Assembly: GCA_963793305.1 (NCBI GenBank)
Contig: CAWBZV010000005.1
Span: forward strand, 1,024,001 to 1,088,000
Source: an uncultured Gemmatimonadales bacterium
Lineage (GTDB): Bacteria; Gemmatimonadota; Gemmatimonadetes; Gemmatimonadales; Gemmatimonadaceae
Reading direction: 5' to 3'
Length of the DNA stretch: 64,000 nucleotides
Below are positions 29,170-39,260 of this stretch, in pieces. The notes beneath the pieces are model-generated. The model ran no database searches, was not told where the DNA came from, and saw only the letters and a program-made list of their open reading frames with translations. Numbering within the stretch: position 1 is the stretch's first letter; every line of letters begins with the position of its first letter. Both the position numbers and the translations under genes were made by a program.

Positions 29170-30135
29170 GTGCTGTCGTCGCGTTTCGCGCCGTGGGACG
29201 TCCCGGTATTCCTGGCGAAGCACGCCTGGCTGACGGCTCGGAAGCGTCCGGTTCTCGTCAACTTCGAGGTCACGCTTCGCTGTAACGCGCGATGCGGGTT
29301 TTGCGATTACTGGAAGACGCCGTCGGAGAGCCGCCAGTCGGAGTGCCAGTCGTTCGCCGACGCGGCGCGGTTCTTCAACCCGCTCATGATCACGTTCACG
29401 GGCGGCGAACCACTCCTCCGCCGGGATCTCGAAGACCTCGTCCGCGCCGTCACCGGCGCGATCCGCGTGAAATACACCACGATCCTGACACACGGTGGCC
29501 TGCTGACCGTCGATCGCGCGCGTTCACTGTGGGACGCCGGGATCAACCAGTTCAACATCTCGTTGGATTTCCTGGACGGCCGCCACGATGCGGCCCGTGG
29601 CATCCCGGGGCTCACCGAGAAAATCTTGTCGACCGTCCCGCGACTGCGTGCAGCGGGCATCGATAGCATTCGCTTCAACACGGTCATTCGAAACGACAAT
29701 CTCGATCAGCTCCTGCCGATCGTCCACCGGGCGGCCGCCCTGGGCTGCGGAGTGAATTTCAGCACGTACACATCGCTGAAAAATGCCAACGCCGATCCGG
29801 TGCTGGTGCCGAGCGACACGCTCGATCTAGTCATCGCGCAGTTGCTGGCCTACAAGCGCCGCCGGCGTGGTGTGATTACGAGCTCGGACTACTATCTCGC
29901 CCAGATCCCGCGTTATGTCCGTGGCGAGTTGCGCGAGCCGTGCCAGTCAGGATTACGCACGATCCATATCGATCCAACAGGCCGGGTCAAACGCTGCCCT
30001 GATTTTCCAACAGACGGTCACTGGACCGAGTACGCGGGCTATGAGCCGATCGACTGCAATGCCTGCTTCTATGCCTGCCGCGGCGAAGCCCAAGCACCGG
30101 TGGGGCTCTCACGTGTGCTCGATGTGCTAGCGTGA
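29170..30135 (+). CDS. Radical SAM protein with a C-terminal Cys-rich (SPASM/twitch-like) domain
   Basis: CNARCGFC (CxxxCxxC), FTGGEPLL and C-terminal CQSG...CPD...CNACFYAC. Confidence 0.9.
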   Translation: MLSSRFAPWDVPVFLAKHAWLTARKRPVLVNFEVTLRCNARCGFCDYWKTPSESRQSECQSFADAARFFNPLMITFTGGEPLLRRDLEDLVRAVTGAIRVKYTTILTHGGLLTVDRARSLWDAGINQFNISLDFLDGRHDAARGIPGLTEKILSTVPRLRAAGIDSIRFNTVIRNDNLDQLLPIVHRAAALGCGVNFSTYTSLKNANADPVLVPSDTLDLVIAQLLAYKRRRRGVITSSDYYLAQIPRYVRGELREPCQSGLRTIHIDPTGRVKRCPDFPTDGHWTEYAGYEPIDCNACFYACRGEAQAPVGLSRVLDVLA

Positions 30136-31394
30136 CGGACGTTCTCTTTATCGACGCCGCACAGGTCGTCACCTGTGCCGGCCCCGCTCGCGCACGCCGC
30201 GGCGCCGAGATGAACGATCTTGGCCTCCTTACTGGTACCTCGGTCGCCGTCCGCGATGGTCGCATAGCCGCGGTCGGGCCGCAGGCCGAACTGGAGCGGC
30301 AGTTTGCCGAGGCCGCACGGATCAATTGCAACCGGGGCGTGTTGGTCCCGGGCTGGGTCGACTCCCACACGCACGCGATCTTCGGCCGCCCGCGCGCGGA
30401 CGAGCAAGAGCTCCGCGCCGCCGGCGCGAGCTACATGGAGATCGCCGCGCGCGGCGGAGGTATCCACGCCTCGGTGCGAGATCTCCGTACCCGTTCCGAA
30501 GACGAGCTGTTCTCGTTGGCCCTGGGCCGGCTTCGCCGCCTGGCCGCCTACGGCACGACGACGGTCGAGGTGAAGTCGGGCTACGGTCTCACGGTGGAAG
30601 ACGAGCTCAAAGAGCTCCGCGTGATCGCACGCCTGGCCGAGGTGTTGCCGGTACGGCTGGTCCCCACATGGCTCGGCGCCCACGAAATCCCTCTTGAGTA
30701 CCGCTCGACCCGTAACAAGTACGTGGACTTGCTCGTCCACGAAATGCTCCCTCGTGTGGTCGGCGATCGCCTCGCGCGGTTCGCCGATGTCTTCTGCGAG
30801 CCAGGCGTATTCACGGTCGCCGAGAGCCGAACGATCCTCACCGCGGCCAAACACGCTGGTCTGGGCCTCAAGCTGCACGCTGACGAGCTCGAGCCCTCCG
30901 GCGGCGCCGAGCTCGCGGCGCAGATCGGGGCGACATCGGCGGACCATCTGGCGGCGATCTCGGATGCCGGGGTCGCGGCGCTGGCGGCATCGAACACGGT
31001 CGCCACGCTCCTGCCAGGCACGATGTTGTTTTTGGGACGTAGATCACAAGCGCCGGCACGAGCCCTGATCGAGGCGGGGGTGGCCGTCGCGCTGGCGACC
31101 GATTTCAACCCGGGGACATCACCAACGCCGAATCTGCCGTTGATTTTAACCCTGGCCGTGAGTCAACTGAGACTGACCGTCGCCGAAGCGATCATCGCCG
31201 GGACCGTAAACGGCGCGGCGGCCCTCGGCCTCGCTGACACCATCGGTCAGATCGCCCCGGGTTTCTCGGCTGACCTCGCCCTCTACGAGATCGATGACGT
31301 GCGCGAGCTGCCGTACTGGTACGGAGACCGCCGCTGCCGGGCGTCGTGGGTGAAGGGCAAAGCTTGTACCGAGTTTGACTTAACCGTAGGTTAG
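30132..31394 (+). CDS. hutI: Imidazolonepropionase
   Basis: PGWVDSHTH, EVKSGYGL, DVFCEPGVF, SADHL and ATDFNPGTSP. Confidence 0.97.
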   Translation: MTDVLFIDAAQVVTCAGPARARRGAEMNDLGLLTGTSVAVRDGRIAAVGPQAELERQFAEAARINCNRGVLVPGWVDSHTHAIFGRPRADEQELRAAGASYMEIAARGGGIHASVRDLRTRSEDELFSLALGRLRRLAAYGTTTVEVKSGYGLTVEDELKELRVIARLAEVLPVRLVPTWLGAHEIPLEYRSTRNKYVDLLVHEMLPRVVGDRLARFADVFCEPGVFTVAESRTILTAAKHAGLGLKLHADELEPSGGAELAAQIGATSADHLAAISDAGVAALAASNTVATLLPGTMLFLGRRSQAPARALIEAGVAVALATDFNPGTSPTPNLPLILTLAVSQLRLTVAEAIIAGTVNGAAALGLADTIGQIAPGFSADLALYEIDDVRELPYWYGDRRCRASWVKGKACTEFDLTVG

Positions 31395-31413
31395 GCAGTC
31401 TATCTAATAACCC

Positions 31414-33993
31414 ATGTCGAACGCTCTCAAACTCAAGAAAAAAGCTGCCGAGTTCGAGCAGAAGAAGCAGTTCGACAAGGCGCTGCAGATTTACATCCAG
31501 ATCCTCGACGAATCGACGGGCGAGGATGATGAGGCCGATGTCGCGCTCTACAACCGCGTCGGCGACCTGCTCATGCGGCAAGGCAGCGTGGGCGATGCGG
31601 TCAACTACTACGAAAAAGCCGTCGACCTCTACGCGGAATCCGGCTTTTTCAATAACGCGATCGCGCTCTGCAACAAAATTCTTCGCCAATCTCCCGGCAG
31701 AAACTCGATCTACTACAAGCTCGGGAAGATCAGTGCGAAAAAAGGTTTCATCTCTGACGCCAAGCAGAATTTCCTCGAATACGCGGACCGCATGCAAAAG
31801 GGCGGTCAGCTCGACGAGGCATTCCGTGCGCTGAAAGAATTCGCCGATCTCTGCCCGGATCAGGATGACATTCGCCTGATGCTGGCCGAGCAGCTGTCCA
31901 AGAAGGACCGCAAGGGCGAAGCGATCGAACAGCTCCAGCATCTCTACGAAAAATTCGTCGCCGAAGGCCGCGGCGCCGAGGCCCGCGCGACCGTCGACCG
32001 CATGAAGGCGATCGACCCCGACGTCGAGCCAAAGGAAGGCGGCGCCACGGCGCGAGCGAAGTCGAGCGACCTCGTATTCCTCGACCTGTCTGACTCGAAG
32101 GGCGCGGCCGCCGAGGGGCCCAAGGCAAAGCCGCCACGGCCCGACCAGTCGCGCAAGACCGTCAAGCTGCCGCAGCCCGAGGAGCCGGAGCCGGAAGCCG
32201 ACATCCTCGATGATCTGCCGCCGCTCGACCTCGAAGCCGAGGTGGAGCCCGAGGCCGAGGACGATCTGCTCCCGCTCCCACCGCTCGACGAGACCGATCT
32301 CGAACCGCTCGAGCCGCTCGACCTCGGCGGCCAGGCCGAGGGGCTCGAGACGATGGAAGAGTTCTCGGCGCCCGAGCAAGTAGCGGAGACGGGCCAGATC
32401 GCCGGGTTCGAGCAGACCGTGCTCGATCCCGAGATCGACGCGGCATTCCCGGCCGAAACACTGCCCGAGCTCGAGCCGCTCACCGGCAGCGAGTTCGCCG
32501 AGCTCGATCTCGGCCCGCCGGCCGATCCGTCGCCGCGCCACAGCACGCACGACCTCGCGCTGCCGGGCCGACTGCCGTCGCTGGATATGCCGAGCGGCCG
32601 GAGCCCGCTGTCGCTGACCGGGGAGATGGAGCTCATCATCCCCGAGAGCGACCTGCCGCTCCCGAAGCCTCGGAAGAAATCGCCGAACGGCGCGCCACCA
32701 CCGCCGCCGCTGGAGGTCGATTTCACGCCGGAAGTCGACACGAGCGACTTGGATGGTCGCTCTGCGTCAGCCTCCTCGAAATTGTCGCTCACGAGCGGCG
32801 CGGACTCGCTCACCTCTGAGCCGCAGGAACAGGAACCCGAGGCCGATGAGGTCGAGCTCCCGGCATGGATGTCGCCGGGAGAAGACGCTCCGCCGTCGGA
32901 CGAGGCGCCGGATCTGCCGCTGCTCGATGTCGGCCCCGATCCCGTCAGCCCCGAGCCCGCGCACCATCACTCGCACACGCCGCTGGCGCGCGAGGTGGAC
33001 ACGCTGCGGCAGCGCGCGGCGGCCGAGCCGACAAATTGGACGGTACGCCAGCGCCTCGCGGAAGCGTTGCTCGAGGATGGCGACCGCGAAGAAGGGCTCC
33101 AAGAGCTGGAGGTCGTGATGCTTGGCCTCGAGCGCTCGCACGACTTGGACAGCGCCCGCTCGGTTGCCGACGAGATTATTCGCCTCAACCCGAACTCGGT
33201 TCGGCATCACCAGAAGCGCGTCGAGTACGCGTTCCGAGCCAACGACAAGCCGCGCTTGGCCGAGGCCTATTTGCAATTGGCCGACTCGCTCTTCCGCGCC
33301 GGACACGCGGACAAGGCGCGGGCGGTGTACCAACGGGTCCTCGAGCTCGCCCCTGATGATCCTCGCGCGCAAGCGGCGCTGAGCACCTTCGAGCCCCCGC
33401 CGCGCCAGCAGCCGACCCCGACGGCCGCTGCCCGAGCGGTCCGCCGCGAGCCGACCACGAACGACGACTTCGTGAACCTGAGCGACTGGCTCGCCGAAGA
33501 CCAAGCACCGAAGTCGACGCGCATGGTGGTCGACGAAGAAGCGCCCAGCGGCGATGAAGAAGCCGATTTCGCCGACATGCTGCGCAAGTTCAAGCAGGGC
33601 GTCTCCGACAATGTCGACGAGGAAGACCACGAGAGCCATTACGACTTGGGAGTCGCGTACAAAGAGATGGGCCTGGTCGATGAGGCCATCTCCGAGTTCC
33701 AAAAAGCGCTCCGGGCGCCCCACGGCCGTGTGCGCACCTACGAGGCGCTCGGCCAATGCTTCCTGGAGAAGCAGCAATTCCAGGTCGCGGCGACGATTTT
33801 GGGCCGCGCGCTGAACGAGCCCGGCATCGGGGATGATCAGTTGGTCGGCGTGCTGTATCTCCTCGGCTATTGCTCCGAAGCCCTCCGGTCAAACGCTGAT
33901 GCGCTTACCTTTTATCAGCGGGTGTTCGCCGTAGACATCCAGTTCCGCAATGTCGCCGACCGGCTCGCGCGACTCGAGAAGGTGGGGCGGTGA
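31414..33993 (+). CDS. Large TPR protein with an acidic linker, SgmX-like architecture
   Basis: N-terminal TPR array, E/D/P/L-rich linker, C-terminal HYDLGVAYKEMGLVDEAISEFQKA TPR block. Confidence 0.8.
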   Translation: MSNALKLKKKAAEFEQKKQFDKALQIYIQILDESTGEDDEADVALYNRVGDLLMRQGSVGDAVNYYEKAVDLYAESGFFNNAIALCNKILRQSPGRNSIYYKLGKISAKKGFISDAKQNFLEYADRMQKGGQLDEAFRALKEFADLCPDQDDIRLMLAEQLSKKDRKGEAIEQLQHLYEKFVAEGRGAEARATVDRMKAIDPDVEPKEGGATARAKSSDLVFLDLSDSKGAAAEGPKAKPPRPDQSRKTVKLPQPEEPEPEADILDDLPPLDLEAEVEPEAEDDLLPLPPLDETDLEPLEPLDLGGQAEGLETMEEFSAPEQVAETGQIAGFEQTVLDPEIDAAFPAETLPELEPLTGSEFAELDLGPPADPSPRHSTHDLALPGRLPSLDMPSGRSPLSLTGEMELIIPESDLPLPKPRKKSPNGAPPPPPLEVDFTPEVDTSDLDGRSASASSKLSLTSGADSLTSEPQEQEPEADEVELPAWMSPGEDAPPSDEAPDLPLLDVGPDPVSPEPAHHHSHTPLAREVDTLRQRAAAEPTNWTVRQRLAEALLEDGDREEGLQELEVVMLGLERSHDLDSARSVADEIIRLNPNSVRHHQKRVEYAFRANDKPRLAEAYLQLADSLFRAGHADKARAVYQRVLELAPDDPRAQAALSTFEPPPRQQPTPTAAARAVRREPTTNDDFVNLSDWLAEDQAPKSTRMVVDEEAPSGDEEADFADMLRKFKQGVSDNVDEEDHESHYDLGVAYKEMGLVDEAISEFQKALRAPHGRVRTYEALGQCFLEKQQFQVAATILGRALNEPGIGDDQLVGVLYLLGYCSEALRSNADALTFYQRVFAVDIQFRNVADRLARLEKVGR

Positions 33994-34979
33994 CAGGACG
34001 AGGGCTTCGGCCGACACTGAATGAAATCCAATCGACGGTCCGCCACGAGCTCGGCGAGGTCGAGGTCGAGCTCCGCCGCATCGTCGATGACGATTCGCCG
34101 CTGATCGCCGCGGTGAGCGGGCACCTGATGGGGATGAAGGGCAAGCTGTTGCGCCCGACGCTCGTGCTCCTGGCGAACGCGATCGATGATCACCCCGGCG
34201 CGTCGGCGACGACCCTGGCGGCGATCCTGGAGTTGATTCACGTCGCGACCCTCGTGCATGACGACGCGGTCGACCACTCCGTGCTCCGGCGCGGCATGCC
34301 CACGCTCAATTCGCTGCTCGGCCACCAGATCTCGGTGATCGCCGGCGATTTCTTGTACCTGCGGGCGCTGAAAGAGTTGGCGCGCCTCGGGAACGTGGAA
34401 GCATTGCGAATTATTACCGATGCGTCGGACGAGATGACGCGGGGCGAGCTGACGCAGCTTACGCGCGATGATGCCTTCGCGGTCAGCGAAGATGACTACG
34501 AGCGCTGGATCGAGGCGAAAACGGCCTCCCTCTTTCGCGCGGCCTGCGAGCTCGGCGCTCTCGCCGGCGCGCCAGAGTATCGCGTTCAACTCGCCAACTA
34601 CGGTCTCAAACTGGGAATGGCGTTCCAGATAGCCGATGACCTGCTCGACTACACGGCCGAGGAGTCCGTGACGGGGAAACCGAGTGGTCTCGACCTGCGT
34701 GAACGCAAGATGACGTTGCCTTTGATCGCCGCCCTTCGCTCAATGTCTCCCGTCTCGCGCGCTCGTGTCGAGTCGCTGTTCGCCAGCGAGTCGCCGAGCG
34801 ATACCGAGATCCACGACGTCATCGGTATCGTCGCCGATTCGGGCGGGTTGGACTACGCGCGCCGGCGTGGGGCGGAGTTCGCTGGACAAGCCGAAGCCGC
34901 ACTGGGCGAGCTGCCAGACACACCGGTCCGTGCCGTGCTCGCCGACACGATCAGCTATGTGACGGAGCGTTCACGCTAA
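33990..34979 (+). CDS. Polyprenyl diphosphate synthase (IspB-like)
   Basis: GKLLRP, LVHDDAVD (FARM) and FQIADDLLD (SARM). Confidence 0.95.
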   Translation: MTGRGLRPTLNEIQSTVRHELGEVEVELRRIVDDDSPLIAAVSGHLMGMKGKLLRPTLVLLANAIDDHPGASATTLAAILELIHVATLVHDDAVDHSVLRRGMPTLNSLLGHQISVIAGDFLYLRALKELARLGNVEALRIITDASDEMTRGELTQLTRDDAFAVSEDDYERWIEAKTASLFRAACELGALAGAPEYRVQLANYGLKLGMAFQIADDLLDYTAEESVTGKPSGLDLRERKMTLPLIAALRSMSPVSRARVESLFASESPSDTEIHDVIGIVADSGGLDYARRRGAEFAGQAEAALGELPDTPVRAVLADTISYVTERSR

Positions 34980-35269
34980 TGCCACCGCGCACGACAGGCG
35001 GCTCGTCCCGCCACCGGCCCGCGTTCCACGCGATTGTCCTCGCCTGCGGATTCGTGGTCGGCGGGTTCCTCACCCAGTTCGCCCGCAAGTTCCTGCCGGC
35101 CGGGGCCGTCAAGGAGCTTCTGACGACCGGCGTGACCCCATCCATCGGCCCCCTCGGCCTGGATCTCGTGATCCTCAAGCTCAGCATCGGGCCGATCGCG
35201 CTGGATGTCTCGTTGCTCAGCCTGATCGGGGTTTTGATCGCGTATCTGATCGCCAGAAGTTTGTTCTAA
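34979..35269 (+). CDS. Small membrane protein (DUF4321-like)
   Basis: TM segment plus a GLDLVILKLSIG...VSLLSLIGVLIA pattern. Coupled to the upstream gene. Confidence 0.7.
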   Translation: MPPRTTGGSSRHRPAFHAIVLACGFVVGGFLTQFARKFLPAGAVKELLTTGVTPSIGPLGLDLVILKLSIGPIALDVSLLSLIGVLIAYLIARSLF

Positions 35270-35275
35270 CCTGGC

Positions 35276-35302
35276 TGTCGATTTCGCCGGTTATCGTTCG
35301 TC
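35276..35302 (+). promoter_or_regulatory. ECF42-type promoter
   Basis: TGTCGA (35276-35281), 17 bp, CGTC (35299-35302) upstream of YciI/DGPF genes, matching the described ECF42 target motif. Confidence 0.7.
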
Positions 35303-35324
35303 GCCCCAGTAACAGGGAGGGGCG

Positions 35325-35735
35325 ATGCGATTCATGGTCCTGGTAAAGGCCAGCGCGGAAAGTGAGGCAGGCGTTCTCCCATCCCGGGAGATCCTCACTG
35401 CGATGCAGAAGTTCAACGAAGAGTTGGTCAAAGCGGGCGTTATGCTGGCTGGCGAGGGACTCCACCCCAGCTCAACGGGCGCTCGTGTGAAGTTCACGGC
35501 CCCGCATAAGGCGACCGTCGTCGACGGCCCGTTCGCGGAAACAAAAGAATTGCTCGCCGGCTACTGGCTCTGGCAGGTTAAGTCCAAAGAAGAGGCGATC
35601 GAGTGGCTGAAGCGCTCCCCATTCGGCCCGGGGGCCGAGCTCGAAATTCGCCAAGTATTCGACGTCGCCGACTTCGGCGACAACGCCACCCCTGAGCTGC
35701 GGGAGGCGGAAGCGCGCCTTCGCTCCAAGATATGA
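35325..35735 (+). CDS. YciI/DGPF-domain protein
   Basis: FNEELVKAGVMLAGEGLHPS and DGPFAETKELLAGYW. Confidence 0.93.
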   Translation: MRFMVLVKASAESEAGVLPSREILTAMQKFNEELVKAGVMLAGEGLHPSSTGARVKFTAPHKATVVDGPFAETKELLAGYWLWQVKSKEEAIEWLKRSPFGPGAELEIRQVFDVADFGDNATPELREAEARLRSKI

Positions 35736-36073
35736 AGTACATGGCCCTCTTTCGCCCGACGGAAGAACCCGTCGGATTGCCGTCAGAGGAAGAGATGGCG
35801 GCGCTGGGCACGCTGATCGCCGACCTCTCGAAGGAAGGCGTGCTCGTCGCCATGGATGGGCTGGCGTCGAGCGCGACGGGCGCGCTCCTTCGCCAGACGA
35901 ACGGCACGATCACGGTTACCGATGGTCCGTTCGCCGAAACGAAGGAGTTGGTCGCCGGCTACGCGATCTTGAACGCGCAGTCGAAGGCGCACATGATCGA
36001 GCTCACGAAGCGCATCGCGAAAGCCTTGGGCGGGGACGGCGTGTTGGAGATCCGTCAGCTGCATGAAGGATAG
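35732..36073 (+). CDS. YciI/DGPF-domain protein
   Basis: TDGPFAETKELVAGY...LEIRQL. Confidence 0.92.
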   Translation: MKYMALFRPTEEPVGLPSEEEMAALGTLIADLSKEGVLVAMDGLASSATGALLRQTNGTITVTDGPFAETKELVAGYAILNAQSKAHMIELTKRIAKALGGDGVLEIRQLHEG

Positions 36074-37313
36074 CGTTCACCGCGCGATCGAAGCGGTCTG
36101 GCGGATCGAATCCGCCAGACTGATCGCGGGTCTCGCGCGGATGGTGCGCGATGTCGGACTGGCCGAAGACCTCGCGCAGGACGCATTGCTCGCCGCGCTC
36201 GAGAAATGGCCGGAGTCGGGCGTGCCGGATAATCCGGGCGCCTGGCTCATGGCCACGGCGAAACGCCGCGCGATCGATCTCCTGCGCCGCAACACACTGC
36301 TCGACCGCAAGCATGTCGAGCTCGGTCACGATCTCGAGTCGCGACAAGAGGCTGGGGTCACTGCGCTGGACGCGTCCTTAGACGACGACGTTGGAGATGA
36401 CATGCTCCGCCTGATCTTCACGTCGTGCCATCCCGTGTTATCCCCGGAGGCCCGCGTCGCCCTTACGCTGCGTCTCCTCGGCGGGCTCACGACTGACGAA
36501 ATCGCCCGCGCATTCCTGGTCCCGGAACCGACGATCGCCCAACGCATCGTGCGAGCGAAGCGCACGCTGCGCGAAGCGCGCGTGCCATTCGAGATGCCAC
36601 GTCCGGCCGATCGCCCAGCGCGCCTGTCGTCCGTGCTGGAAGTGATTTACTTGATCTTCAACGAGGGCTACGCGGCGACGGCCGGCGAAGACTGGGTGCG
36701 CCCGGGATTGTGCGAGGACGCACTGAGACTCGGCCGCATTCTCGCCGCCCTGATGCCGGACGAGTCCGAAGTCCACGGTCTCGTGGCCCTCATGGCCATC
36801 CAGGCGTCGCGGCTCGCCGCACGTGTTGGCCCGACGGGTGAGCCCATTCTCCTCCTCGATCAGGATCGAGGGCGGTGGGATCACGTCCTGATCAACAACG
36901 GTCTGGCCGCGCTCGAGCGCGCCGAGCGACTGGCCGACACCCTCGGCCCATACACGCTGCAAGCCGCGATCGCCGCGTGTCACGCGCGAGCGCGCACGGC
37001 GGACGAGACCGACTGGCAGCGGATCGCCGCGCTCTATGATGCGTTGGCGTCGCTCGCCCCGTCGCCGGTCGTCGAGCTCAATCGCGCGGTTGCCGTGGGG
37101 ATGGCCTTTGGCCCGGCCGCGGGGCTCGAGCTCGTCGATGCGCTCTTGAGCGAGCCATCGCTCGCGCACTATCACCTCTTGCCGAGCGTGCGCGGCGATT
37201 TGCTCGCCAAGCTGGGGCGCGTGGCCGAGGCGCGTGTCGAGTTCCAGCGAGCCGCGTCGCTCACGCGGAATGCCCGTGAGCGCGCGCTGCTGCTCCATCG
37301 GGCCACTACGTAG
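36063..37313 (+). CDS. ECF RNA polymerase sigma factor with C-terminal TPR extension (ECF42 type)
   Basis: LAEDLAQDAL, LRLIFTSCHP, YLIFNEGY, QAAIAACH and SPVVELNRAVA. Follows DGPF genes. Confidence 0.93.
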   Translation: MKDSVHRAIEAVWRIESARLIAGLARMVRDVGLAEDLAQDALLAALEKWPESGVPDNPGAWLMATAKRRAIDLLRRNTLLDRKHVELGHDLESRQEAGVTALDASLDDDVGDDMLRLIFTSCHPVLSPEARVALTLRLLGGLTTDEIARAFLVPEPTIAQRIVRAKRTLREARVPFEMPRPADRPARLSSVLEVIYLIFNEGYAATAGEDWVRPGLCEDALRLGRILAALMPDESEVHGLVALMAIQASRLAARVGPTGEPILLLDQDRGRWDHVLINNGLAALERAERLADTLGPYTLQAAIAACHARARTADETDWQRIAALYDALASLAPSPVVELNRAVAVGMAFGPAAGLELVDALLSEPSLAHYHLLPSVRGDLLAKLGRVAEARVEFQRAASLTRNARERALLLHRATT

Positions 37314-39151
37314 ACGTTCTGCTGCCGGTTCGCCGCCTCGATCGCTTTCCGATTGTCGACGATGCGCGCCGCATCGCGCAGGTTCGTCAGGTAGATCTGA
37401 ATCGCCTGGTCGCGCTGCTGCTGCATGAGCGACTGCCGCTGCGCGACTTTCTGCGCCTCCCACACCGCGCGGCTCGACTCGGTCCGTTTGTCGACGCGAA
37501 TCACGTACATCGCATCATCGGTCCCGATCGGCGCGCTGACGGCATTGAGCGGCAATGAGAACGCGGCGCCAATGACTTCGTTGAAGCGCCCGACATCCGG
37601 AACGAATGCCGTGCGATTGAACGACGGGCTGTGAATCACCGAGAGCCCTTCCGCCTTGGCCTCTGCGTCAAGGGAGGTCTTCGCCGCGGCATCCGCGAAT
37701 ATCTGCGCCTTCGTTCGCAGGAGCTCGATCACGCCTCGCCGTGCGAGGATCGCGCGAATCTGCGGCCGGACCGCCGCCTCGGCGCCCCGCGCATTCGGAT
37801 CGACTCCGGGCGTCAGCGAATCGAGGCGCGCGAGGTAGTACGCATCATCGGCGTCAAACAACTCGCTCGACTCGCCAACTTGCGCGCCGGAGAACGCCCA
37901 CGTGCCGACGCTCGGCACCTGGCGTCCGTTCCAGATGAGAGGCTCGTCCTCATTCACGTGCAATTTCACCACCGGGAGCCCAAACGTTTTCGCCGCTTTG
38001 TCGAATTGCCCGCTCAGCTCCGAATGGCCAACGATCTTGTCGAGCGAATCGGCGATATGGTTGGTTCTCGCCGCGGCGGAGTCGCTCTGCTGAATGCGCA
38101 GCAGGATGTGCCGGACGGTGATGGAGTCGCCCTTCTTGGAGTCCACCCGAATCAAGTGAAAGCCGTACGGCGACAGGACGGGTTGTGACAGCTCGCCCGG
38201 CTTGAGAGCAAATGCCGCGCTGTCGAACTGCGGGACAAACCGTCCCCGCGTGACGGTGCCGAGGAGACCACCTTGCGCCGCGGATGCCGAGTCCTGCGAC
38301 TCCCGCTTGGCGACATTGTCGAACTTGGCTCCTTTCTCGATCTGGTCGCGCAGGGCGAGGAGATGAGCACGGGTCGCGGCGGTGTCGGCCGATGTGATCG
38401 TGCGTGGCAGGATGAGCAGCGAGACCGACGCACGCCCTTTCCTCCCCAACTGCTTCTTGTGGGCGACGAAGTACTCGTGCATCGCCTCATCGGTCACGTG
38501 GACCGTCGAGTCGGCCACCTCGTCCGGGTGCCAGGACACGTAGGAGATCTGGGCCGAGTCGTGCCCGTCCCGCCACAGGTTCCACATCTGGGCGTCTGTG
38601 ACGTAGACCGAGGACGCGACCTGCTCGAACAGCTTTTCTTTGGGGATCTGGTCGCGATACATCGCTTCCAGCTGGAGGAGCAGGCCTGACTGCTTGGCCA
38701 TCGGGCTCGAGAGGTACCGCTGGTACTTCTCCGGATCGAACCGGCCGTCGGTCTGCAGCTCCGGAGCCTGGAGGAACGCCGGAGGCGGGTTCGTCTGGGC
38801 TGCCTCCCGAATCTCCTCGTCGGAGACGGCGATGCCGCGTTTCTGGTATTCCTGCTCGAGCAGGATATCCGAGACCATCTCGTCGTAGGTCTGCTGTTCG
38901 AGCTCCTTTTGCTCGTCGAGCGTCAAGGCGCGGCCGGCGCGTTGCTGGGCTTCCTGATAGCGCCGCTGGGTCGCGTTCGACCACTGGATATATGTGATAT
39001 CCTGGCCGTTGACCGAGAAGACCGTTGTCGAGGCTGTGTTCCTGGTCCGGCCCGAGAGGCCGGACGTTTGATACAAAAGAAATCCGACGATAAAGGCCGC
39101 CACCACGAAATACCAAATGTATTTCGCGTTCGCCCGCATCTGTGAGAGCAT
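37172..39151 (-). CDS. ppiD: SurA/PpiD-family peptidyl-prolyl isomerase; 3' end runs 142 bp into the convergent sigma gene
   Basis: N-terminal TM (MLSQMRANAKYIW), SurA_N-like region, rotamase SAAQGGLLG...FVPQFDSAAF...SPYGFHLIRV. Confidence 0.88.
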   Translation of the reverse strand: MLSQMRANAKYIWYFVVAAFIVGFLLYQTSGLSGRTRNTASTTVFSVNGQDITYIQWSNATQRRYQEAQQRAGRALTLDEQKELEQQTYDEMVSDILLEQEYQKRGIAVSDEEIREAAQTNPPPAFLQAPELQTDGRFDPEKYQRYLSSPMAKQSGLLLQLEAMYRDQIPKEKLFEQVASSVYVTDAQMWNLWRDGHDSAQISYVSWHPDEVADSTVHVTDEAMHEYFVAHKKQLGRKGRASVSLLILPRTITSADTAATRAHLLALRDQIEKGAKFDNVAKRESQDSASAAQGGLLGTVTRGRFVPQFDSAAFALKPGELSQPVLSPYGFHLIRVDSKKGDSITVRHILLRIQQSDSAAARTNHIADSLDKIVGHSELSGQFDKAAKTFGLPVVKLHVNEDEPLIWNGRQVPSVGTWAFSGAQVGESSELFDADDAYYLARLDSLTPGVDPNARGAEAAVRPQIRAILARRGVIELLRTKAQIFADAAAKTSLDAEAKAEGLSVIHSPSFNRTAFVPDVGRFNEVIGAAFSLPLNAVSAPIGTDDAMYVIRVDKRTESSRAVWEAQKVAQRQSLMQQQRDQAIQIYLTNLRDAARIVDNRKAIEAANRQQNVYVVARWSSSARSRAFRVSDAARWNSTRASATRPSLASKSPRTLGKR

Positions 39152-39260
39152 GGGTCAAAACCTAGAAGTCACGATCGGCTAAAATCAAGAGAGCGTGTCA
39201 CTTCTGATTGACTTCGCTCGTCAGCAAGGTATATCTTCCCCGTCCTTACCGAGAGCCAAG

